64,000 nt of DNA from Eledone cirrhosa (GCA_964016885.1 OZ024741.1:412114001-412178000); one strand, 5' to 3'; shown: positions 1-11,885, numbered from the stretch's first letter. A program made the numbers and translations. Notes: generated by a model not told the origin, from the letters alone.

Positions 1-3000
1 AAGACACTGTCTATATTGTTTAACCCTTTATTACCATATTTCTAATGTAAGACACTGTCTATGTTTTTTAAGCCTATCATTACCATATTTCTAATGTAAG
101 ACACTGTCTATGTTGTTTAACCCTTTCATTATCATATTTCTAATGTAAGACACTGTCTATGTTGTTTAACCCTTTAATTATCATATTTCTAATGTAAAAC
201 ACTGTCTACATTGTTTAACCCTTTCATTAGCATATTTGTAATGTAAGACACTGTCTATGCTGTTTCACCCTTTCATTACCATATTTCTAATGAAAGACAC
301 TGTCTATGTTGTTTAACCCTTTCATTACCATATTTCTAATGTAAGACACTGTCTATGTTGTTTAACCCTTTCATTACCATATTTCTAATGTAAGACTCTG
401 ACTATGTGTTTAACTCTTTCATTACCATATTTCTAATGTAAGACACTGTCTATGTTGTTTAACCCTTTCATTACCATATTTTTAATGTAAGACACTGTCT
501 ATGTTGTTTAACCCTTTCACTACCATGTTTCTAATGTAAGACACTGTCTATATTGTTTAACCCTTTATTACCATATTTCTAATGTAAGACACTGTCTATG
601 TTTATTAACCCTTTCATTACCATATTTCTAATGAAAGACACTGTCTATGTTGTTTAACACTTTTATTACCATATTTCTAATGTCTTTGTTCATTACCATA
701 TTTCTAATGTCTATGTTGTTTAACCCTTTCATTACGATATTTCTAATGTAAGACACTCTCTATGTTGTTTAACCCTTTCATTACCATATTTCTAATGAAA
801 GACTCTGTCTATGTTGTTTAACCTTTTCATTACCATATTTCTAATGTAAGACACTATCTACATTGTCTAACCCTTTCATTACCAAATTTCTAATGTAAGA
901 CACAGTCTATGTTTTTTAACCCTTTCATTACCATATTTCTAATGAAAGACACAGTCTATGTTTTTTAACCCTTTCATTACCAAATTTCTAATGTAAGACA
1001 CTGTCTATGTTGTTTAACCCTTTAATTACCATATTTGTAATGTAAGACACTGTCTATGTTGTTTAACCCTTTCATTAGCATATTTGTAATGTAAGACACT
1101 GTCTATGTTGTTTAACCCTTTCATTACCATATTTCTAATGAAAGACACTGTTTATGTCTTTAACCCTTTCATTACCATATTTCTAATGTAAGACTCTGAC
1201 TATGTGTTTAACTCTTTCATTACCATATTTCTAATGTAAGACACTGTCTATGTTGTTTAACCCTTTCATTACCATATTTTTAATGTAAGTCACTGTCTAT
1301 GTTGTTTAACCCTTTCATTACCATATTTCTAATGTAAGACACTGTCTATGTTGTTTAAACTTTTCACTACCATGTTTCTAATGTAAGACACTCTCTATAT
1401 TGTTTAACCCTTTATTACCATATTTCTAATGAAAGACTCTGTCTATGTTGTTTAACCTTTTCATTACCATATTTCTAATGTAAGACACTGTGTATGTTGT
1501 TTAACCCTTTAATTACCATATTTCTAACGTAAGACATTGTCTATATTGTTTAACCCTTTCACTACCATGTTTCTAATGTAAGACACTGTCTATATTGTTT
1601 AACCCTTTATTACCATATTTCTAATGTAAGACACTGTCTATGTTTTTTAACCCTTTCATTACCATATTTCTAATGAAAGACACTGTCTATGTCCTTTAAC
1701 CCTTTCATTACCATATTTCTAATGAAAGACACTGTCTATGTTGTTTAACACTTTCATTACCATATTTCTAATGAAAGACACTGTCTATGTTGTTTAACCC
1801 TTTCATTACCATATTTCTAATGTCTATGTTCATTACCATATTTCTAATGTCTATGTTGTTTAACCCTTTCATTACGATATTTCTAATGTAAGACACTCTC
1901 TATGTTGTTTAACCCTTTCATTACCATATTTCTAATGAAAGACTCTGTCTATGTTGTTTAACCTTTTCATTACCATATTTCTAATGTAAGACACTGTCTA
2001 TGTTGTTTAACCCTTTCATTACCATATTTCTAATGAAAGACACTGTTTATGTCTTTAACCCTTTCATTACCATATTTCTAATGTAAGACTCTGACTATGT
2101 GTTTAACCCTTTCATTACCATATTTCTAATGTAAGACACTGTCTATGTTGTTTAACCCTTTCATTACCATATTTTTAATGTAAGACACTGTCTATGTTGT
2201 TTAACCCTTTCACTACCATGTTTCTAATGTAAGACACTGTCTATATTGTTTAACCCTTTATTACCATATTTCTAATGTAAGACACTGTCTATGTTTTTTA
2301 ACCCTTTCATTACCATATTTCTAATGAAAGACACTGTCTGTGTCCTTTAACCCTTTCATTACCATATTTCTAATGAAAGACACTGTCTATGTTGTTTAAC
2401 ACTTTCATTACCATATTTCTAATGTAAGACACTCTCTATGTTGTTTAACCCTTTAATTACCATATTTGTAATGTAAGACACTGTCTATGTTGTTTAACCC
2501 TTTCATTACCATATTTGTAATGTAAGACACTGTGTATCTTGTTTAACCTTTCATTACCATATTTCTAACGTAAGACACTGTCTATGTTGTTTAACCCTTT
2601 CATTACCATATTTCTAATGAAAGACTCTGTCTATGTTGTTTACCCTTTTCATTACCATATTTCTGATGTAAGACACTGTCTATGTTGCTTAACCTTTTCT
2701 TTACCATATTTCTAATTAAAGACACTGTATATGTCGTGTAACCATTTCATTACCATATTTCTAATGTAAGACACTGTCTATGTTGTTTAACCCTTTCATT
2801 ACCATATTTCTAATGTAAGAGACTGTCTATGTTGTTTATCCCTTTAATTACCATATTTCTAATGTAAGACACTGTTTATGTTGTTTAACCTTTTCATTAC
2901 CATATTTCTAATGTAAGACACGATCTATGTTGTTTAACCCTTTCATTACCATATTTCTAATGAAAGACACTGTCTATGTTGTTTAACCCTTTCATTACCA

Positions 3001-6000
3001 TATTTCTAATGAAAGACACTGTCTATGTTGTTTAACCCTTTCATTACCATATTTCTAATGTATGACACTGTCTATGTTGTTTAACCCTTTCATTACCATA
3101 TTTCTAATGTAAGACACTGTCTATGTTGTTTAACCCTTTCATTACCATATTTCTAACGTAAGACACTGTCTATGTTGTTTAACCCTTTCATTACCATATT
3201 TCTAATGTTAGACACTGTCTATGTTGTTTAACACTTTCATTACCATATTTCTGATGTAAGACACTGTCTATGTTGTTTAACCCTTTCATTACCATATTTC
3301 TAATGAAAGACACTGTATATGTTGTTTAACCCTTTCATTACCATATTTCTAACGTAAGACACTGTCTATGTTGTTTAACCCTTTCATTACCATATTTCTA
3401 ATGTAAGACACTGTCTATGTTGTTTAACCCTTTCATTACTATATTTCTAATATAAGATATTGCCTATGTTGTTTAACCCTTTCATTACCATATTTCTAAT
3501 GAAAGACACTGTCTATGTTGTTTAACCCTTTCATTACCATATTTCTAATGTAAGACACGATCTATGTTGTTTAACCCTTTCATTACCATATTTCTAATGA
3601 AAGACACTCTGTATGTTGCTTAACCTTTTCTTTACCATATTTCTAATTAAAGACACTGTCTATGTTGTTTAACCCTTTCATTACCATATTTCTAATGTAA
3701 GACACTGTCTATGTTGTTTAACCCTTTCATTACTATATTTCTAATATAAGATATTGCCTATGTTGTTTAACCCTTTCATTACCATATTTCTAATGAAAGA
3801 CACTGTCTATGTTGTTTAACCCTTTCATTACCATATTTCTAATGTAAGACACGATCTATGTTTTTTAACCCTTTCATTACCATATTTCTAATGAAAGACA
3901 CTGTATATGTTGTTTAACACTTTTATTACCATATTTCTAATGTCTTTGTTCATTACCATATTTCTAATGTCTATGTTGTTTAACCCTTTCATTACGATAT
4001 TTCTAATGTAAGACACTCTCTATGTTGTTTAACCCTTTCATTACCATATTTCTAATGAAAGACTCTGTCTATGTTGTTTAACCTTTTCATTACCATATTT
4101 CTAATGTAAGACACTATCTACATTGTCTAACCCTTTCATTACCAAATTTCTAATGTAAGACACAGTCTATGTTTTTTAACCATTTCATTACCATATTTCT
4201 AATGAAAGACACTGTCTATGTTGTTTAACCCTTTCATTACCATATTTCTAATGTAAGGGACTATCTATGTTGTTTAACCCTTTCATTACCATATTTCTAA
4301 TGAAAGACACTATCTATGTTGTTTAACACTTTCATTACCATATTTCTAATGAAAGACACTGTCTATGTTGTTTAACCCTTTCATTACCATATTTCTAATG
4401 AAAGACACTGTCTATGTTGTTTAACCCTTTCATTACCATATTTCTAAATGAAAGACACTGACTATGTTGGTTAACCCTTTCATTACCATATTTCTAATGA
4501 AAGACACTGTCTATGTTGTTAAACTTTTTCATTACCATATTTCTAATGAAAGACACTGTCTCTATTGTTTAACCCTTTCATTACCATATTTCTAATGTAA
4601 GACACTGTCTATGTTGTTTAACCTTTTCATTACCATATTTCTAATGAAAGACACTGACTATGTTGTTTAACCCTTTCATTACCATATTTCTAATGTAAGA
4701 CACTGTCTATGTTGTTTAACCCTTTCATTACCAGACTTCTAATGAAAAACACTGTCTATGTTATTTAAACCTTTCATTACCATATTTCTAATGGAAGACA
4801 CTGTCTATGTTGTTTAACCCTTTCATTACCATATTTCTAATGAAAGACACTGTCTATGTTGTTTAACCCTTTCATTACCATATTTCTAATGTAAGACACT
4901 GTCTATGTTGTTTAACTCTTTCATTACCATATTTCTAACGTAAGACACTGTCTATGTTGTTTAACCCTTTCATTTCCATATTTCTAATGTAAGACACTGA
5001 ATATGTTGTTTAACCCTTTCATTACCATATTTCTAATGAAAGACACTCTGTATGTTGTTGAACCCTTTAATTACCATATTTCTAATGTAAGACACTGTCT
5101 ATGTTGTTTAACCTTTTCATTACCATATTTCTAATGAAAGACACTGACTATGTTGTTTAACCCTTTCATTACCATATTTCTAATGTAAGACACTGTCTAT
5201 GTTGTTTAACCCTTTCATTACCATATTTCTAATGAAAGACTCTGTCTATGTTGTTTAACCCTTTCATTACCATATTTCTAATGTAAGACACTGTCTATGT
5301 TGTTTAACCCTTTCATTACCATCATTCTAATGAAAGACACTGTCTATGTCTTTAAGCTTGCATTACCATCATTCTAATGAAAGACATTGTCTATGTCTTT
5401 AAACCTTTCATTCCCATATTTCTAATGTAAGACACTGTCTATGTTGTTTAACCCTTTTAATAGCATACTTCTAATGTAAAACACTGTCTATGTTGTTTAA
5501 CCCTTTCATTACCATATTTCTAATGAAAGACACTGTCTATGTTGTTTAACACTTTCATTACCATATTTCTAATGTAAGACACTGTCTATGTTGTTTAACC
5601 CTTTCATTACCATATTTCTAATGAAAGACACTCTGTATGTTGCTTAACCTTTTCTTTACCATATTTCTAATGAAAGACACTCTCTATGTTGTTTAACCAT
5701 TTCATTACCATATTTCTAATGAAAGACACTGTCTATTTTGTTTAACCCTTTCATTACCATATTTCTAATGAAAGACACTATCTATGTTGTTTAACACTTT
5801 CATTACCATATTTCTAATGAAAGACACTGTCTATGTTGTTTAACCCTTTCATTACCATATTTCTAATGAAAGACACTGTTTATGTTGTTTAACCCTTTCA
5901 TTACCATATTTCTAATGAAAGACACTGTCTATGTTGTTTAACACTTTCATTACCATATTTCTAATGTAAGGCACTGTCTATGTTGTTTAACCCTTTCATT

Positions 6001-7040
6001 ACCATATTTCTAATGTAAGACACCGTCTATGTTGTTTAACACTTTCATTACCATATTTCTAATGTAAGACACTGTCTATGTTGTTTAACTCTTTCATTAC
6101 CATATTTCTAATGTAAGACACTGTCTATGTTGTTTAACCCTTTCATTACTATATTTCTAACATAAGATACTGTCTATGTTGTTTAACCCTTTCATTACTA
6201 TATTTCTAATGAAAGACACTGTCTATGTTGTTTAACCCTTTCATTACCATATTTCTAATGAAAGACACTGTATATGTTGTTTAACCCTTTCATTACCATA
6301 TTTCTAATGTAAGACACTGTCTATGTTGTTTAACCCTTTCATTACTATATTTCTAACATAAGATACTGTCTATGTTGTTTAACTCTTTCATTACCATATT
6401 TCTAATGAAAGACACTGTCTATGTTGTTTAACCCTTTCATTACCATATTTCTAATGAAAGACACTGTATATGTTGTTTAACCCTTTCATTACCATATTTC
6501 TAATGAAAGACACTGTCTATTTTGTTTAACCCTTTCATTACCATATTTCTAATGAAAGACACTATCTATGTTGTTTAACACTTTCATTACCATATTTCTA
6601 ATGAAAGACACTGTCTATGTTGTTTAACCCTTTCATTACCATATTTCTAATGAAAGACACTGTTTATGTTGTTTAACCATTTCATTACCATATTTCTAAT
6701 GAAAGACACTGTCTATGTTGTTTAACCCTTTCATTACCATATTTCTAATGTAAGGGACTATCTATGTTGTTTAACCCTTTCATTACCATATTTCTAATGA
6801 AAGACACTATCTATGTTGTTTAACACTTTCATTACCATATTTCTAATGAAAGACACTGTCTATGTTGTTTAACCCTTTCATTACCATATTTCTAATGAAA
6901 GACACTGTTTATGTTGTTTAACCGTTTCATTACCATATTTCTAATGTAAGACACTGTCTATGTTGTTTAACTCTTTCATTAACATATTTCTAACGTAAGT
7001 CACTGTCTATGTTGTTTAACCCTTTCATTACTATATTTCT
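1..7040. repeat. 49-bp tandem satellite array, block 1 (runs off the window start)
   Basis: Direct periodicity, e.g. TGTCTATGTT at 301 and 350. Consensus AAGACACTGTCTATGTTGTTTAACCCTTTCATTACCATATTTCTAATGW; monomers usually differ by 0-4 substitutions; a few truncated monomers at ~681, 1821 and 3941. Confidence 0.99.
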
Positions 7041-8227
7041 GGTGGGCTCTTAGAAAACTAGGAGTAGATGAATGGCTTGTGAAAGCGGTACAAGCCATGT
7101 ATAGGGGAGCAGTCAGCAAAGTTAGGATTGGCAATGAGTATAGCGAGCAATTTAGCGTACAGGTTGGGGTCCACCAGGGCTCTGTTCTTAGCCCTCTCCT
7201 GTTCATCATAGTCCTGCAGGCAATAACGGAGGAGTTTAAGACCGGATGCCCATGGGAACTCCTGTATGCTGATGACCTCGCACTCATAGCTGAATCTATG
7301 GTAGAACTAGAGAATAAATTCCAAACCTGGAAGCAGGGACTAGAGAGAAAGGGCCTCAAAGTCAACATGACAAAGACTAAGGTCCTTATAAGTAGACGAG
7401 AAAACAGAACCCAGATCCCCTCAGGGAAATGGCCTTGCTCAGTATGTAGGAAAGGTGTAGGTAGGAACTCCATTCTCTGCCCCAAATGCAACCAATGGGT
7501 ACACAAGAGATGTAGCGGGATCTCAGGAAGCTTAATTAAGAATGTAGGATTCACATGCAGCAGCTGTGCTGAAACAGCAAGCAAACAGCCACAGGAAACA
7601 AGTACCACCAATCTCTGGGAGGGCCCTGTAGAAACAGTAGACAGCTTCTGCTACCTAGGTGACCGAATTAGCAACGGAGGTGGGTGCTCAGAAAGTACAA
7701 TAACTAGGGTAAGAACGGGATGGAAGAAGTTTAGGGAACTACTACCACTGCTAGCTGCAAAAGGCTTCTCCCTCAGAATGAAAGGCAGACTGTATGATGC
7801 GTGTATCCGAACAGCGATGTTGCATGGTAGTGAGACCTGGGCGCTGAAGGTGGAAGACTTACGTAGATTAGAGAGAAACGAAGCCTGCATGCTCCGATGG
7901 ATGTGTAACAGTAATATACGTGAACGACAAAGCATAAAGGAATTGAGAGAGAGACTGAGCATAAGAGGAATCAAATGCTGCGTACAGGAGAGGCGGTTAC
8001 GCTGGTATGGACATGTGATGCGTATGAAGGATGACAGCTGCATAAAAAGGTGCAGAGCACTAGAAGTTGATGGAAACCGCGGAGTGGGGAGACCCAAGAT
8101 GACTTGGGATGAGGTGATAAAAGCCGACCTTACCCAACTACACCTCTCAAAGTCAATGACACACGACCGTGACTTCTGGCGTCACGCAGTAATACAGGGT
8201 ACCCGACCTCCCATGGGTACATGCTGA
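7040..8227 (+). pseudogene. ORF2 fragment (C-terminal RT, inserted PHD finger, RTE C-terminal region); no endonuclease domain or true start
   Basis: The frame is open from the junction (WWALRKLGVDEWLVKAVQAMY...) to TGA at 8225-8227, 395 codons with no stops. YADD at 7265-7276. The ORF-track start at 7079 is an internal GTG. Confidence 0.93.
7436..7567 (+). other. C4HC3 PHD-type zinc finger within ORF2 (also 10790-10921 and 13021-13152)
   Basis: CSVC-x10-CPKC-x4-H-x2-C-x14-CSSC, with W two residues before the His and F two residues before the last Cys pair, matching the PHD consensus. Confidence 0.85.
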
Positions 8228-8508
8228 AGCATATAAACAATATGCCCCCCCCCCCCACCGCAAGGTGGTCGTGGAGGTGCCACGGCAAAAAAGCACCCAG
8301 CCCACACTGTAACGTGGACGTGTAGGCGCCACGAAAAAGCACCCAGCACTCACTGTAAATGAGGTTGGTGTTAGGAAGGGCATCCAGCTGTAGAAATCAA
8401 GCCAGATCAGTTCCTGTATGAGCAAGGCATGGTCAGCCGACCAGACACTGCCCACAACAGGACAACCCGTCTAACCCATGCTAGCGTGGAAGAACGGACG
8501 TAAAACGG
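8228..8508 (+). other. Structured LINE 3' UTR (C12 tract, internal ~46-49-nt direct repeat, several stem-loops, 3'-terminal stem-loop)
   Basis: Repeat units GGTGCCACGGCAAAAAAGCACCCAGC (8276) and GGCGCCACGAAAAAGCACCCAGC (8325). Hairpin CCACC-GCAA-GGTGG at 8255-8268. Terminal stems CGTCT/GGACG (8468-8472/8496-8500) and CCATG/CGTGG (8476-8480/8485-8489). Confidence 0.8.
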
Positions 8509-8530
8509 TGATGATGATGATGATGATGAT
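8509..8530 (+). repeat. (TGA)7 microsatellite 3' tail of the LINE (also 11864-11885 and 14094-14115)
   Basis: TGATGATGATGATGATGATGAT directly before the satellite resumes. Short tandem-repeat tails in place of poly(A) are typical of RTE/CR1/L2 elements. Confidence 0.95.
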
Positions 8531-10394
8531 TTCTAATATAAGATACTGTCTATGTTGTTTAACCCTTTCATTACCATATTTCTAAATGAAAGACACTGAC
8601 TATGTTGGTTAACCCTTTCATTACCATATTTCTAATGAAAGACACTGTCTATGTTGTTAAACTTTTTCATTACCATATTTCTAATGAAAGACACTGTCTC
8701 TATTGTTTAACCCTTTCATTACCATATTTCTAATGTAAGACACTGTCTATGTTGTTTAACCTTTTCATTACCATATTTCTAATGAAAGACACTGACTATG
8801 TTGTTTAACCCTTTCATTACCATATTTCTAATGTAAGACACGGTCTATGTTGTTTAACCCTTTCATTACCAGACTTCTAATGAAAAACACTGTCTATGTT
8901 ATTTAAACCTTTCATTACCATATTTCTAATGGAAGACACTGTCTATGTTGTTTAACCCTTTCATTACCATATTTCTAATGAAAGACACTGTCTATGTTGT
9001 TTAACCCTTTCATTACCATATTTCTAATGTAAGACACTGTCTATGTTGTTTAACTCTTTCATTACCATATTTCTAACGTAAGACACTGTCTATGTTGTTT
9101 AACCCTTTCATTTCCATATTTCTAATGTAAGACACTGAATATGTTGTTTAACCCTTTCATTACCATATTTCTAATGAAAGACACTCTGTATGTTGTTGAA
9201 CCCTTTAATTACCATATTTCTAATGTAAGACACTGTCTATGTTGTTTAACCTTTTCATTACCATATTTCTAATGAAAGACACTGACTATGTTGTTTAACC
9301 CTTTCATTACCATATTTCTAATGTAAGACACTGTCTATGTTGTTTAACCCTTTCATTACCATATTTCTAATGAAAGACACTGTCTATGTTGTTTAACCCT
9401 TTCATTACCATATTTCTAATGTAAGACACTGTCTATGTTGTTTAACCCTTTCATTACCATCATTCTAATGAAAGACACTGTCTATGTCTTTAAGCTTGCA
9501 TTACCATCATTCTAATGAAAGACATTGTCTATGTCTTTAAACCTTTCATTCCCATATTTCTAATGTAAGACACTGTCTATGTTGTTTAACCCTTTTAATA
9601 GCATACTTCTAATGTAAAACACTGTCTATGTTGTTTAACCCTTTCATTACCATATTTCTAATGAAAGACACTGTCTATGTTGTTTAACACTTTCATTACC
9701 ATATTTCTAATGTAAGACACTGTCTATGTTGTTTAACCCTTTCATTACCATATTTCTAATGAAAGACACTCTGTATGTTGCTTAACCTTTTCTTTACCAT
9801 ATTTCTAATGAAAGACACTCTCTATGTTGTTTAACCCTTTCATTACCATATTTCTAATGAAAGACACTGTCTATTTTGTTTAACCCTTTCATTACCATAT
9901 TTCTAATGAAAGACACTATCTATGTTGTTTAACACTTTCATTACCATATTTCTAATGAAAGACACTGTCTATGTTGTTTAACCCTTTCATTACCATATTT
10001 CTAATGAAAGACACTGTTTATGTTGTTTAACCATTTCATTACCATATTTCTAATGAAAGACACTGTCTATGTTGTTTAACCCTTTCATTACCATATTTCT
10101 AATGTAAGGGACTATCTATGTTGTTTAACCCTTTCATTACCATATTTCTAATGAAAGACACTATCTATGTTGTTTAACACTTTCATTACCATATTTCTAA
10201 TGAAAGACACTGTCTATGTTGTTTAATCCTTTCATTACCATATTTCTAATGAAAGACACTGTTTATGTTGTTTAACCGTTTCATTACCATATTTCTAATG
10301 TAAGACACTGTCTATGTTGTTTAACTCTTTCATTAACATATTTCTAACGTAAGTCACTGTCTATGTTGTTTAACCCTTTCATTACTATATTTCT
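8531..10394. repeat. 49-bp satellite spacer between LINE copies 1 and 2 (~38 monomers)
   Basis: Same consensus; 1864 bp. Confidence 0.99.
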
Positions 10395-11581
10395 GGTGGG
10401 CTCTTAGAAAACTAGGAGTAGATGAATGGCTTGTGAAAGCGGTACAAGCCATGTATAGGGGAGCAGTCAGCAAAGTTAGGATTGGCAATGAGTATAGCGA
10501 GCAATTTAGCGTACAGGTTGGGGTCCACCAGGGCTCTGTTCTTAGCCCTCTCCTGTTCATCATAGTCCTGCAGGCAATAACGGAGGAGTTTAAGACCGGA
10601 TGCCCATGGGAACTCCTGTATGCTGATGACCTCGCACTCATAGCTGAATCTATGGTAGAACTAGAGAATAAATTCCAAACCTGGAAGCAGGGACTAGAGA
10701 GAAAGGGCCTCAAAGTCAACATGACAAAGACTAAGGTCCTTATAAGTAGACGAGAAAACAGAACCCAGATCCCCTCAGGGAAATGGCCTTGCTCAGTATG
10801 TAGGAAAGGTGTAGGTAGGAACTCCATTCTCTGCCCCAAATGCAACCAATGGGTACACAAGAGATGTAGCGGGATCTCAGGAAGCTTAATTAAGAATGTA
10901 GGATTCACATGCAGCAGCTGTGCTGAAACAGCAAGCAAACAGCCACAGGAAACAAGTACCACCAATCTCTGGGAGGGCCCTGTAGAAACAGTAGACAGCT
11001 TCTGCTACCTAGGTGACCGAATTAGCAACGGAGGTGGGTGCTCAGAAAGTACAATAACTAGGGTAAGAACGGGATGGAAGAAGTTTAGGGAACTACTACC
11101 ACTGCTAGCTGCAAAAGGCTTCTCCCTCAGAATGAAAGGCAGACTGTATGATGCGTGTATCCGAACAGCGATGTTGCATGGTAGTGAGACCTGGGCGCTG
11201 AAGGTGGAAGACTTACGTAGATTAGAGAGAAACGAAGCCTGCATGCTCCGATGGATGTGTAACAGTAATATACGTGAACGACAAAGCATAAAGGAATTGA
11301 GAGAGAGACTGAGCATAAGAGGAATCAAATGCTGCGTACAGGAGAGGCGGTTACGCTGGTATGGACATGTGATGCGTATGAAGGATGACAGCTGCATAAA
11401 AAGGTGCAGAGCACTAGAAGTTGATGGAAACCGCGGAGTGGGGAGACCCAAGATGACTTGGGATGAGGTGATAAAAGCCGACCTTACCCAACTACACCTC
11501 TCAAAGTCAATGACACACGACCGTGACTTCTGGCGTCACGCAGTAATACAGGGTACCCGACCTCCCATGGGTACATGCTGA
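10394..11581 (+). pseudogene. ORF2 fragment (RT + PHD), copy 2
   Basis: Translation identical to copy 1 in the ORF track. Confidence 0.93.
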
Positions 11582-11885
11582 AGCATATAAACAATATGCC
11601 CCCCCCCCCCCACCGCAAGGTGGTCGTGGAGGTGCCACGGCAAAAAAGCACCCAGCCCACACTGTAAAGTGGACGTGTAGGCGCCACGAAAAAGCACCCA
11701 GCACTCACTGTAAATGAGGTTGGTGTTAGGAAGGGCATCCAGCTGTAGAAATCAAGCCAGATCAGTTCCTGTATGAGCAAGGCATGGTCAGCCGACCAGA
11801 CACTGCCCACAACAGGACAACCCGTCTAACCCATGCTAGCGTGGAAGAACGGACGTAAAACAGTGATGATGATGATGATGATGAT
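10395..11885 (+). mobile_element. 5'-truncated RTE LINE, copy 2
   Basis: Same junctions as copy 1 at offset +3354. Differences seen: C13 instead of C12, A at 11862 (G in the other copies), and GTAAAGT where copy 1 has GTAACGT. Confidence 0.95.

Larger units (their letters stand above)
7041..8530 (+). mobile_element. 5'-truncated RTE-clade non-LTR retrotransposon (LINE), copy 1
   Basis: Abrupt switch from AT-rich satellite to more GC-rich coding sequence at 7041. RT motifs QGSVLSPLLF and LLYADD. RTE-like C-terminal motifs (FCYLG, GWKKFRELLPLL, LHGSETW, RRLRWYGHVMR, GRPKMTW). ~280-bp 3' UTR, (TGA)7 tail, and ATTTCT on both sides (7035-7040, 8529-8534). Confidence 0.95.

Noticed and set aside
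7079-8227. 382-aa ORF as a complete RT gene of a retron, DGR, group II intron or RT-plus-repeat-array system
   Set aside because: It starts at an internal GTG, lacks the N-terminal RT subdomains and endonuclease, and has a LINE tail and target duplication. The insertion interrupts a pre-existing monomer, and the element carries no template for the satellite.
8276-8363. UTR internal repeat starts 49 bp apart, equal to the satellite period
   Set aside because: The offset falls to 46 bp within the unit and there is no sequence similarity to the satellite.
8443-8450. AGACACTG shared between the LINE 3' UTR and the satellite
   Set aside because: A single 8-bp match between a 1.5-kb element and a 49-bp circular monomer is expected by chance, and it does not extend.
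8412-8462. SECIS-like hairpin downstream of the TGA stop
   Set aside because: No convincing non-canonical GA quartet or apical AA, and the frame hits TAA three codons after the TGA.
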